A DNA stretch of 64,000 bases from Anthoceros angustus (lineage: Eukaryota > Plantae > Anthocerotophyta), in assembly GCA_010909165.1 (NCBI GenBank), contig MU008166.1, forward strand, positions 434,001-498,000, written 5' to 3'. Shown here one piece after another: positions 1 through 11,118 of this stretch. How positions within the stretch are numbered: the first letter of the stretch is position 1; each line of letters starts with the position of its first letter. Under the pieces are notes generated by a model. It had not been told where the DNA came from and made no database searches. It worked only from the letters and a program-made list of their open reading frames with translations. Both the position numbers and the translations under genes were made by a program.

Positions 1-1892
1 CATTTGCCATATGCGTGAATGAGAGCTGTTAACACTTTAAGACTGCAGGCATAGCCAGTAGACTCTACATCTTGGTGGACCTGACTGCACATTCTGAGAG
101 CTCCTATGTTGCTGCATGCCTTCAGCACCCACACAAGTGATGCTTCATCGGGCCGGACACCTTGCTCCAGCATTTTAGCATAAAGCTGTATTGCTTTCTC
201 TCCTTGTTCTTGCTCAACATAACCTCCAAGCATAGCATTCCAAGACACCACATCGCATTTGAGGGAAGTGTAAAATATCTCCATCGCTTCGTCGATACTG
301 CCACACTTCGCATACATACTGACCAGAGCACTGCCAACAAATACGTCAGACGCATAGCCATTTTTAATTGCCTCGGCATGAATTGCCTTCCCCTTCTCCA
401 GAGATTTCACTTTGACAAACTTGCCAGAGCCAACAAGGACACTATCCTCCATATCTGCCAGGCTAGTACATGCTTTAAGAACCGTGGCAAATGTCCAAAC
501 GTCTGGCCTCATCCCTTCTTCTTGCATTTGAGCAAAAAGATGCAAAGCCTTTTCTTCCTGCCGATGCTGAGTGAATCCTGATATCATTGCATTCCATGAC
601 ACCAGACCACGCTCAGGTAAAGTATTAAAAACATGTAAGGCACTTTCAATGCTGCCACATTTTGCATACATACTCACCAAGGTGTTGCCAACAAACACAT
701 CTGACCCATACCCACTTCGAGCAGCGTCAGCATGAATTGCCATCCCTCTGTCCAGGGACTGCATTTTGGTCGACATCCCATCCCAAAGTGTCTCTGCTTC
801 CAGTTCTCCCAAGATAGCACATGCTTGCAGCACGCTGACAAATGTCCGATGGCTCGGTTTCACACCTTCCTTTTGCATTTGGCCATAAAGCTCCAGAGCT
901 TTGCTTGGTTGATCCTTTTGAGCATATCCTGAAATCAATGCATTCCACAACACCACGTTGCACTTGGGCAGTGCCCGGAAAACATCGTGAGCATCCACCA
1001 TGCTCCCACACTTCGCATAAAGATGAACGAGCGTGCTCCCAACATACGTATCAGATCCATATCCATGTCTTAGGATTTCGCCATGAATCCACCTTGCTTG
1101 TTCCAGGTCTGGTAAACTGCTGCATGCTTTGAGTAGGTTGACGAAAGTGAAGCTGTTTGGATGCACACCGTCTTGCTGCGACAACCTACGGAACACCTGC
1201 AGGCCATCCACAAGACTGCCACACTGGACCAGAGTGTTTACAAGATGCTCTGCCAGAAACTTGTGACAATCCATCCCGTTCTTGACCATGTCAGCATGCA
1301 CTTGCTTGGCCTCAATCAGCGCTTTGTTTTTCCTGCATGCCCGCATGAGTTGAGAATAAGTTTCCACGGAAGGCACTCTTCCGTCCCGGCCCATCTGGTG
1401 CATAGCATCCAACGCCAAGCTTAGCTGCCCATCTCTGCAGAGATTTTGCAACCCATGATCATCCTTACATTCACCCTGCACCCTGCAAACAACTCAGTGC
1501 TTGTTTGCTCAGGAAAACGGAAACTTGCCTCTCCAAAGCATGAATCAATCAGACCCACGATCAAATCCTACTCACCGAGCAGGAGGCCTACTTTGACTGC
1601 CCAGTGTGGCCAGCTGAGAATCCACCCAAGGAGGCTTGTACCTGCCATCTACCCAGAGAACCTCCTTGGACGACTTATGAGTGAAGTCGGGACTTCTAGG
1701 GCCATTCTGTACCAACAGCAACCGATTATGCTCACAACAACGTAGAGGATATGGGACGAGCCAAAGAGCACACATTGTGTAGCAGCCTCACCTTGCTTAG
1801 CCTGTCGTCCCACCACTGCGAGGGATCAGAAAAGAACTTCTGCCAGATCCTTTCTACGACAATTGCTGGCTGTACCTTTCTGGCTCCCTCGT
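1..1892 (-). CDS. PLS-class PPR protein with N-terminal PDF (OSB-type) motif; 3' end outside window, start codon unresolved
   Basis: Spliced exons about 1892-1792, 1706-1576 and 1482-<1, with GT-AG introns and phases that fit. They give WQKFFSDPSQWWDDRLSK|NGPRSPDFTHKSSKEVLWVDGRYKPPWVDSQL, then PPR motifs such as VETYSQLMRACRKNKALIEAKQVH, DVVSWNAMLGGYVEQ and VLTALIHAYGK. The PPR frame is the same at positions 5 and 1451; it is probably missing from the ORF track because no stop is reached. Confidence 0.9.
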
Positions 1893-2639
1893 CTGCACAT
1901 AAATCTGAAGAAGCCATCGCTCCTCTGCCCATCGCATGCCCATTTTTTCTACACACACCGGGACTAGAATAGGCTACTACTTCAGCACCGTTCCACCAAA
2001 TAGCAGGTGGCAAACCATTGCAGAAGCAAATTCCGTGCATTATACAGCCACGTGAAAGCTTCTGAATCAGCTCCCCCGCCTTCAGGAATCAGCCGTCACC
2101 TCAAGTGCGAAACGAGGATCACATCCTGTCCAGGAGAATGTAAAGATGGGGAGAGATTTCGAATTCCCAGCAAGAGTCCTCACCCGGAGCTCTGATGGCG
2201 AGTTCAGAGCCATACAATTCGGTGGCAAACTCGCAACATGAGAGGAGCTCCCTCTCTACAAACCCACATTGGCTGGATGACCCGGACATGGTCCTCGTTC
2301 ACTGCATTTCCTGGATGACACTGACCCGAGGCTCGCAGGCCTGCAATGTGAGGAGAGGTCACTGCGGCACACGTTTGTCCAGACTTCTGTGGTTCAACTC
2401 CGGTTAGTGTCAAGAGCAGAGGGCAGTTCAGTAGGTTTGGGGCCAGTGATGCGCGTCGCCCAGTTTTATTCATGAGCTGCTCTCAGCAATTCATCGTTCA
2501 CAGATCAAAGGAAAGAGCATTATGGTATTCCGGATGATGGTGTGCAACCTCCATTAAACTGCGATCGTCTTCCTCTGCTGATAAGTCTGTTGCTTGGATT
2601 GATGGAGGCTCCGACGAGGCTGAAAGATGTGGTCACAAC

Positions 2640-4693
2640 TCACAGCTCACCAAAGACCTCGGTGAAATGCTCCCACACATAGTTTCCAACCTGCATAGGT
2701 AGCAGGGATGTGTGTCAGACAAGCCTGGAAGGAGAGAATCAGGACTTCTGGGGTCCAGTGGTAACTTGATTCTGGCAGGGACTCCCACCTCTAAACCGAT
2801 TTGGTAGGCATCCTCACTGGATTTCGGGAAATGCAGTCCTCCGTACACTCTGCAAACGCGAGCTCAGGCTTAGACTGCCATGGCGTTGACAAGCGTCTGA
2901 TGGGACAGTAAGAAAGCTTCACAGTCTACCTGCTTCTCACAATGTCCAGCGCAGGTCCTTCAATGGTGTTGAATGTGCGGGGAGGGAGCAGTGCGTTCTC
3001 AGTGGCTACAGAGAACGGCTTCTTCGTTTTGCTGCTTGGGGATTTGCCGAGAAACTTGGACAGCACTCCAGCGTATGCTCCACCGAATGTGCTGTGTCCA
3101 CTTGGGTACTCCGGTGTGTATCCAGAGCCCGCCAGCAAAGCTGTGAATCCTGCCGGCTTGTGACTTGGATCTCCCTGCCTGCCATGGTTTCAGTCTGGAT
3201 GAACGATTGCTCCGACGTCTACACTCATAAACTATGTCTTCGTTGCAATGGTCCAGAAAGGACTCAAAGGGCGGTGGAAGATGTTCAAAGGGTTTACCTC
3301 ACAGCAGTGATGGGCCTCCAGGAGAGGTACTTGTATTTCTGATAAAAGGTAGCGATGGATGCATCGTATGTCGCCACAGCATAGGCTCCAAAGAGCTTGG
3401 CAGCCTCGTTGAGTGAAAGTGCAGTGTCAAGTGCTGCGAGGGTCACATTGAACAGGTGCCCTGCAACAGACGAGGTATCTGCACGCCAAACTCCAATTCA
3501 AACGGCGGGTCACAACACGTTTATGAAGAACTTACCCCAGGGCCAGCATGCAGAGAAGCTTTTGGAAGCAATGCTCGAAATTGCAAGTAAGGAGGTAACA
3601 TGTATGGGTTCTCAATCCTTACTGCTCCCATCGTCCCAGAATCTCGCGATATCCCTCTCAGCCTGTGTCTGGTGTGGAGAGTCGGTGTCTCCTAATTTGA
3701 CGATAGTGTTGTATTGGACATTATACAGTGCACTTGGAATCTTGGGGGGCCCGCCGTAGTGGTCATACAGCTTGGGAGACTTGATCAAGAAGGGCTTGGT
3801 GGTTGCCAGCTGGGGAAAGAGGGCATACGTTTGGTTGGGGACGAACTGGTAAGCTCCAGTTGGGCCGCCTGGAGGAGCAGGTTCAAAGTCTGCCCATCTC
3901 TGACTTCCATCGTGCGCCCTGGGGTGTCCAAGAACTTGTTGAGCACTCAACGTACCATCACGTTTTGCAACAGGAAAAGACCACTGCGGAAGCTTTGAAA
4001 GTGGGAACTACCTCTCTTTCACAAGGGGCACGGCAAAAGCCAGAGCAATTTTCTGAATGGCAGAATCCTCCTCGTCGGAAAGCTTCAGAGGACGAATTTG
4101 CTTGGCCAAGGCACTATCCAGAAGGGATGACTGCAAAAAGGGAGTGAGCCTGCAGCAAGTTTTCCAAGAGCAATATTTCAGCCTCGAGCACTCGGTCAAA
4201 AAGCTTGCCAATGTGTCTGTCAGGACATCTTGGAACATTTGCTGTGCACGCTCATGAATGATGTACCCAGTGAAATCTTACTCCGAGAGGACGAAGTGAG
4301 CAGCATAAGCAGCGGCTGCCTCTGGGTGTTTCACCTTTTCCTTGTACGCTAACTGGAGTGCCTTGTACTGTGACAAATGAACCAGGGCGTAGTTTTTGCC
4401 AGCAATTTGATTGGAAATCCCGAGCCGGCGTACCACCTTCAGCACAAGTACAAGAGAATGGTCAGTCCATGAAATCTTGCCCGGGCCATTAGCAGTGGCC
4501 ACAGAAGAGCCCAACGCCTACAGCATTAGCATTCACTAGTTGAAATCGACCTGTTTCAAGCACTGAGCAGATCTACCTGCTGGGCAACAGCGTTCCACTG
4601 CGTAATCACGTTATCTGTGGTGCCCTTGGTTGCAGTGGAGAAGACGAGCACAACAAGTAGCGTCCATATGCTGCATTTCTGAACCAGCGCCAT
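2640..4693 (-). CDS. Secreted vanadium-dependent haloperoxidase-like protein (PAP2/haloperoxidase superfamily), 8 exons, 415 aa
   Basis: Exons 4693-4577, 4436-4282, 4149-4012, 3918-3623, 3478-3298, 3178-2930, 2849-2789 and 2690-2640 total 1248 nt; all introns are GT-AG and phase-consistent. Signal peptide MALVQKCSIWTLLVVLVFSTA, then DNVITQWNAVAQQ and EAAAAYAAHFVLS. Catalytic motifs are KYKYLSWRP (K-x6-RP), YPSGHS and SRVYGGLHF (R-x5-H). Confidence 0.88.
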
Positions 4694-5647
4694 CTCCCCC
4701 AGGCCTGCCCAACACCACTCTCCGACTTCAGGTAAACGTTGAAGCATGGAAGACAATCCAGGCCTCTCGTCTGTTACAAGGCCGGCCGGGATTAAAAGCA
4801 GGACTTCCAGGGCTGCACTGCGAAGTGCTGGAGCCCACTGGCCTACCTTTACATTCAACAACATTATTCTACTTGTACCCGCAGGTGAATCTCAATACAA
4901 TGTTCAACAAGCCAGGAGAGCGATTCCAAGTTTCAATGCGGCATTCCGGAAAGGTACGATGCATGTAAAAAGAAGTCATGATGCGTGAGCACGATGGACG
5001 TCGTTCTTTGATTGGTCGATTGTGATACAAAAATGAAAAGACTGGAGCACTCTGATCAGGAAGGTGCTCTGGAACCCCTGCATTGTACGTATACGTGCTC
5101 CGGGTGCGAGATTTCTGCGGCTCAACAGCCGCGTCCAGTGCGATTTCCTTCGCAGAGTTTCCTTAAGCTGTGATGCCGAGCGTCATGCAAATGCCCACTG
5201 CAAGCACGCTAGTTGCAGCCAATCCTTGAACCACCGGGTGGATAAACAAAAAGTTCATTTCATTGACGCCTGGTGTGGAATCTGGTATCTTCTCTTTTAC
5301 ATTCAGTGCTGCAAAAACTCAGTGAGCTCACTACTGGATGCTTTGGTAAACATCGATTTGGAAGCACTTGCGAGAGCCGATCAATCTAAGGTAAGACTAC
5401 AGGCAATCATTCTTCACCGCTCTAGGAACAGGATAGCTCTCTATCCTTGAAACCCGACTACCCAAACAAGGCTCAAGAATTGGTAACACAGATCTTGGTC
5501 AGAATTGGTCAAAAACTGCGATCTTCACAACATGAAATAGCTCTTTGAAAGTGCTTCATTCCAAATTCCCAATACGTATTGCAATCTCCAGTGGAAACAT
5601 TCACAAGACAATGATTCTGTTATGCTTGAAATAATTTATCTAGTTTA

Positions 5648-7840
5648 CTACTCTAGCGGATACTCAAGAGGCTCGTCCCCGCTCTCGGTCGTCTTGGCAA
5701 CGGCCGGCTTCTTGCTAGGGGGCTCTGCTGCGCACTTCACACACACCAGAACCCGAGTGCCCTTGTTGTTGGGAAGCCACTTGCAAGGGCGATCCCACCC
5801 CGGCCCGGTGTGGCCCGAAGGCTCCATGACCTCGGCATCATTGGGGTACTCCGACAGCTCGATCTCGTTGCCCTTCACGTTCCACCTGGTGTTGCACTTC
5901 TTGGCGGGCGGGGCATGTCGTCCTGGAGCTCCAACTGGGGCGTGATCAGGTTTCCACGGCTGCTTATGCTCGTGATGCGAATTGCGCGGCAACACTTCCT
6001 CGCCCCACAGTTCCCCGGTCCACACTCCCTCGCTCGACGCTTGCCCGCTTGACACTACTTCCACGCCGGACACTACCTGGCTTGACACTACGTCCTCGCT
6101 CGACAGTTCCTCCGACAATACTTTGTAGTGCGAGAGGCGATGCGAAGGAGATGGAGCGTGGTGATGGTGGTGATGAGCAGGAGCCGGAGCCGGCGCCTTG
6201 TGGTGAGCAGGCGATGGAGCGGGCGCCTTGTGGTGGTGAGCAGGCGATGGAGCCGGCGCCTTGTGGTGGTGAGCAGGCGATGGAGCCGGCGCCTTGTGGT
6301 GGTGAGCAGGCGATGGAGCCGGCGCCTTGTGGTGATGAGCAGGCGATGGAGCCGGCGCCTTGTGGTGGTGAGCGGGCGATGGAGCCGGCGCCTTGTGGTG
6401 ATGAGCGGGCGATGGAGCCGGCGCCTTGTGGTGGTGAGCAGGCGATGGAGCGGGCGCCTTGTGGTGGTGAGCGGGCGATGGAGCCGGCGCCTTGTGGTGG
6501 TGAGCGGGCGATGGAGCCGGCGCCTTGTGGTGGTGAGCGGGCGATGGAGCCGGCGCCTTGTGGTGGTGAGCGGGCGATGGAGCCGGCGCCTTGTGGTGGT
6601 GAGCGGGCGATGGAGCGGGCGCCTTGTGGTGGTGAGCAGGCGATGGAGCCGGCGCCTTGTGGTGGTGAGCAGGCGATGGAGCCGGCGCCTTGTGGTGGTG
6701 AGCAGGCGATGGAGCCGGCGCCTTGTGGTGATGAGCAGGCGATGGAGCCGGCGCCTTGTGGTGGTGAGCGGGCGATGGAGCCGGCGCCTTGTGGTGATGA
6801 GCGGGCGATGGAGCCGGCGCCTTGTGGTGGTGAGCAGGCGATGGAGCGGGCGCCTTGTGGTGGTGAGCGGGCGATGGAGCCGGCGCCTTGTGGTGGTGAG
6901 CGGGCGATGGAGCCGGCGCCTTGTGGTGGTGAGCGGGCGATGGAGCCGGCGCCTTGTGGTGGTGAGCGGGCGATGGAGCCGGCGCCTTGTGGTGGTGAGC
7001 GGGCGATGGAGCCGGCGCCTTGTGGTGGTGAGCAGGCGATGGAGCCGGCGCCTTGTGGTGGTGAGCAGGCGATGGAGCCGGCGCCTTGTGGTGGTGAGCA
7101 GGCGATGGAGCCGGCGCCTTGTGGTGGTGAGCGGGCGATGGAGCCGGCGCCTTGTGGTGGTGAGCAGGCGATGGAGCCGGCGCCTTGTGATGATGAAGAG
7201 GCGTGGGAGCGGGGGCGTGGTGAGGATGATGATGATGATGATGGTGACCGGGCGAGGGAGCCGGAGCGTGGTGCTGATGGTGATGCGGGGCGGGAGCGGG
7301 CCCGTGACGCCCGTGACTGGGATAGTGACGGTGCTTTTTACTCCACGACTGCACCGCGACCTCATCATGTTCCAACAGCCCCTTCCCGTGCCCGCCGTGG
7401 CCCCATTGGGAAATGAAAGTGCAGGAAGTGAAGGCACCACACGACGTGTTGGTCTCCACGGCGCCAGCCGGGCAGAGGGCCTTCTCCCCCTTCACATTCG
7501 GCTTCACTACGACCCAGACGCGGCCTTCGCAGAATGGCAGACTGCCATACCACTTGTGGCGGCCGGCGTGCGCGCCCCACCACAACTCAGACGCCTCAGT
7601 CGAGTCGACATGCGGGAGCCCGGTGCTCGCGACCTCCGAATCCACCTGCGGGAGCACACTGACGGCATCAAGATCCACCTGCCGGAGCAGGTCGCGATCG
7701 GACGCGCTCCATGAATCGAGCTGCACCGAAGCGGCCACGCCGGAGCCGTGCGATGCAGATGCCCCGGCCACGCCGAGGATCACCAACACCAGAAGCAGAG
7801 CCGATCCCGAGAGCAGGCCCAGGGCTTTGGAAACCGCCAT
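5648..7840 (-). CDS. Secreted His/Pro-rich repeat protein (AGP/HRGP-like), 730 aa, with Cys-containing N- and C-terminal segments
   Basis: Single ORF with signal peptide MAVSKALGLLSGSALLLVLVILGVAGA and 30 copies of HHHKAPAPSPA. Cys clusters flank the array; there is an upstream TATA box and a paralog at 13 kb. Confidence 0.85.
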   Translation of the reverse strand: MAVSKALGLLSGSALLLVLVILGVAGASASHGSGVAASVQLDSWSASDRDLLRQVDLDAVSVLPQVDSEVASTGLPHVDSTEASELWWGAHAGRHKWYGSLPFCEGRVWVVVKPNVKGEKALCPAGAVETNTSCGAFTSCTFISQWGHGGHGKGLLEHDEVAVQSWSKKHRHYPSHGRHGPAPAPHHHQHHAPAPSPGHHHHHHHPHHAPAPTPLHHHKAPAPSPAHHHKAPAPSPAHHHKAPAPSPAHHHKAPAPSPAHHHKAPAPSPAHHHKAPAPSPAHHHKAPAPSPAHHHKAPAPSPAHHHKAPAPSPAHHHKAPAPSPAHHHKAPAPSPAHHHKAPAPSPAHHHKAPAPSPAHHHKAPAPSPAHHHKAPAPSPAHHHKAPAPSPAHHHKAPAPSPAHHHKAPAPSPAHHHKAPAPSPAHHHKAPAPSPAHHHKAPAPSPAHHHKAPAPSPAHHHKAPAPSPAHHHKAPAPSPAHHHKAPAPSPAHHHKAPAPSPAHHHKAPAPSPAHHHKAPAPSPAHHHKAPAPSPAHHHKAPAPSPAHHKAPAPAPAHHHHHHAPSPSHRLSHYKVLSEELSSEDVVSSQVVSGVEVVSSGQASSEGVWTGELWGEEVLPRNSHHEHKQPWKPDHAPVGAPGRHAPPAKKCNTRWNVKGNEIELSEYPNDAEVMEPSGHTGPGWDRPCKWLPNNKGTRVLVCVKCAAEPPSKKPAVAKTTESGDEPLEYPLE
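6206..7195. repeat. Coding minisatellite, 30 x 33 bp
   Basis: Unit agc(a/g)ggcgatggagc(c/g)ggcgccttgtggtg(g/a)tg is tandem across 990 nt. Confidence 0.97.
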
Positions 7841-7918
7841 AGCTGAGGCTTGAGCGCTCCTGCTCTCAAGATTGCTGAAAACCTGGCAGGATCTGCGGAA
7901 TGCAAGCGTGCACGGGCA

Positions 7919-8130
7919 CTATATAGCGCCTCAAGCGCGGACTCAGATCTCTGCACGTCGGGACTCGTTCCTGGTCTACGTACGGCCGTTGCCGGGTGCA
8001 TCTGCAGAGCAGAATTCCGAGGTGCAAGAATCCAGAAGTCTTCGACCTGATTCTTGAGCATACTTGAGAAGACCTCATCGCAATGCAGAAGACGAACAAC
8101 CTCATCAATGTGTCGAGCCTCCATTTGCAG
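7919..8130 (-). promoter_or_regulatory. TATA box and conserved upstream blocks of His-rich gene 1
   Basis: ctatatag at 7919-7926, then agatctctgcacgtcggg, ggtgcaagaatc, cctgattcttgagcat and tgtcgagcctccatttgcagatca. All have counterparts upstream of the paralog at 13763-14040. Confidence 0.6.
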
Positions 8131-9064
8131 ATCAGTGCACGTGAGTCTCAAGGTGTTCGGAGTGTGTACACCGAGCTGCGAATCTCGAGATTTGGAAAAC
8201 CGTCTTGCTGTTCCCGAGTGCTGATATGAAATTTTCCCCGCTAGATATTCTAGTAACCAGCCTGGCCAGCCTCGCTTCACTCGTCCGTATTTACAAGATG
8301 CTTGTGCAGAATGTCTTCCACAAAGTGTAGCTCGGAGATTGATTTTCTCTTCGTAGAATCGCGATCGAAATAATTTAAAATTAGGATTATTTTGTTGTAT
8401 TATTATTACCATTATTATTACTACGCCATCAAAGGTTCACAATCATGCGGAGAGAGTCGGACCAATGCACGACGCCATAGACATCCCATATAGATCCGAT
8501 TAGGGCGCAGCGCGGACAGGGTTTGTCCCATGGGGAGAACTTGGGAGAAAGATTCTAAAAATATCTACCATACAATAGCCAATCAAATTTAAGCTGGTTT
8601 TCTTGAAACACAAGGGATGTTTCCAGAAAGCAAAATTTAATGCAAGATAAAAGTACCCAAAGGAATCAATCCATAAGACATGGAGAGGGACGGAGGGAAG
8701 AAACAAAATTGTGGGGCAAAAGTTAAGCTTCAATATATGTGGAAACCTGTTATGAAAGTGAGCCTAAAATGGCTACGTTGAAGAGAACCCAAAAAAAAAG
8801 GTGAAGGTAAAGTGAATCCGCAATGCCTATATTGAAGAGCAAAAAAGAACAAATGAAGGATTGCTTTTGAAGCAGTGAGACATATGACCATGGAATAGAG
8901 TCTAGAGTTAGGAGCAAACTTGGTGAGCCTAAGCTTTGTAGGTGGTAACCAAACCTTTGGTTGGTAATATACTATGACAAAGAAGTCAATTTTTTTATCC
9001 TCAAATTCTTATTTTTTTGTCTCCATCGTCATCAGACCAAAGCCTATATACGTGTGTCCAAATG

Positions 9065-9681
9065 AAGAAGAAGAAGAAGAATTTTATTTAAGTCCACTAA
9101 GGACAGATTTCCGTCATGGGACTTGGTACTTAACAACTTATACCATGGTATGCCTAAGCTACTTGCACCATGGGCATCCATTCCCTTTAGGCACCTCATC
9201 TAAGTACCAATCCAAACGCAGGCACCTCATCTAAGTACCGATGCGCTTGCACCTCATCTAAGTACCGATCCAAGCGCAGGCACCTCATCTAAGTACCGAT
9301 CCAAGCGCAGGCACCTCATCTAAGTACCGATCCAAGCGCAGGCACCCCATCTAAGTACCGATCCAAGCGCAGGCACCTCATCTAAGTACCGATCCAAGCG
9401 CAGGCACCTCATCTAAGTACCAATCCAAGTGCAGGATGCTTAATAACTACGTTCTTATAAATGTGTGTCCATTTGGCCTAAGCCACTTGGACACACATTT
9501 ATAAGAACGCAGTGATTAAGCATCATGAGCTTAGATCGGTACTTAGATGGGGTGCCTCAAGGGAGTAGATGCCCTTGGTGCAAGTAGCTTAGGCACACCA
9601 TGGTACATGTTGTTAAGTACCAAGTCCCATGACAGAAATCCGTCCTCAGTGGACTTAAATAAAATTCTTCTTCTTCTTCTT
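9065..9681. mobile_element. Non-autonomous fold-back / MITE-like palindromic element
   Basis: 9065-9210 is the reverse complement of about 9535-9681 over about 150 bp with scattered, mostly transition, mismatches. A central hairpin pairs 9435-9477 with 9482-9524 (43 bp, 4 mismatches). No ORF. Confidence 0.7.
9190..9432. repeat. 30-bp tandem array (about 8 copies) inside the fold-back element
   Basis: Unit gcacctcatctaagtaccgatccaagcgcag. A single partial inverted copy lies in the opposite arm (about 9532-9556). Confidence 0.93.
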
Positions 9682-9819
9682 TTATAAATCGTTGAGAGTA
9701 GGGTGAACTATTGGAGAGCTCAAACTAACTACCATTTGGATAAAGATATAGCGCAAAGGCAGATTAAGAGAACCCCATGAAAGTATAGTGGATACTAAGA
9801 AGAATGAGACCAAAATAAT

Positions 9820-10130
9820 GGTGGTATTTTGGAAGGGTCCAAAAATAAATAGGCGTTGAGTTAGTAGGGCCAAAAATGAGTCTAAAAATAATGAACGATG
9901 TTTTGGAAGGGTTCAAAAATAGTAAGGCAGTGTTTTGATATGGTCAAAAAATAGTGGCGATGTTTTGGTAAAGTACAAAATAATGGGCGGTGTTTTTGTA
10001 AGACCATAGATAGTAGGCGGTATTTTCGTAGGGTCCAAAACTAGTGCACAGTGTCTTGATAGGGTTCAAAAATATAGACCGTGTTCAGTAGGATCCTAAA
10101 ATATTAAGAGGTATTTTGGTCATAGAAAAA
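9820..10130. repeat. Degenerate ~30-bp tandem repeats (probable TE subterminal relic)
   Basis: Recurrent gtgttttgg(a/t)agggtccaaaaatagt(a/g)ggc-like units. Confidence 0.55.
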
Positions 10131-10605
10131 TACCTCACAAGTTTCTCACTATGAGACAACCTTAATGGTAGCATGCATTAGGGCAAGCCCATGGCATGAG
10201 TTGTTGGCCATGCTTAGGAGTTTCTAAATTAAGGAAAGCCTATAATATACAAATACCATACTTGTTAGTTTGATTAATTGAGACTTGGATTAAGATGTCA
10301 TTGGAGACATCTTGGAGCTGGAGATTAAGAAGAACAAGAAGTTGCTGGAAAGCTAGGTTATGACAAATTGTTTTTTGTTTGAATACAAGACTTGGAGGCA
10401 AAGGAAGTGAATAACAAGACTTCCTTTGTATTACTTGGTTTATGAGAAGTTTAGAACATCATCTCGCCAAAGGTGGTTTGTGAGAAGTAAAGAGCAACAA
10501 CTTAGAGGTCAGACTAAAATTTGGAGATGATGGGGTCCTTAGGACCTATTATTATGTCTTTTGAAATTGATTTGTGTGGTTGATATGAGATATGGTACCA
10601 CAAGA

Positions 10606-10775
10606 TAGCTAGATGAGATCTTGCATGCCCGGAGTATTGTTAAATAGCTAGGTGAGATCTTGGATGGAGTGTTGCTTAGTAGCTAAATGAGATCTTGTGC
10701 AGAGTATTGCTAAGTAGCTGATGAGATCCTTGGTGTTAGTAGGTAAATGAGATCTTAGGTAGAGTGTTGCTACGT
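10606..10775. repeat. Degenerate ~35-bp tandem repeats (about 5 copies)
   Basis: Recurrent tagcta(g/a)atgagatctt...gagt(a/g)ttg(c/t)t units. Confidence 0.6.
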
Positions 10776-11118
10776 ATATGTACCGAGTGTTATGAGCGAG
10801 GGGCTATTTACCTACATCGAGGGATTATCTAGCAAGGGGTTATTTACCTTATATGTATATATATGAAGTAGGCCTTACTTATAGGGAGTGTTTAGTATTT
10901 TTTGTTTTTAGTTGAGCAAGGTTTAGTAGTATCTATGTAGCTTCAGCATACTTAGAGCAATTTATTTACTACCTAATATCTGACCTAAATTGTTGGTTGG
11001 ATATAGAAACTATATGAAATTGTAGGATTTGCGCCATATATATAGTCAAAGCACCAATACATATGCAACCTAGAATATATCCAAAGTGTAGGCACATGAC
11101 TTTTTTACAATAGTGATC

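Noticed and set aside
2640-4693. Bacterial contamination as the source of the haloperoxidase-like gene
   Set aside because: Seven phase-consistent GT-AG introns, and the gene is embedded among plant genes.
5810-7714. Long ORFs in other frames across the 33-bp array (455, 450 and 528 aa)
   Set aside because: They are by-products of a stop-free GC-rich repeat. Unit variation is silent only in the 5648-7840 frame, which also has the signal peptide and TATA box.
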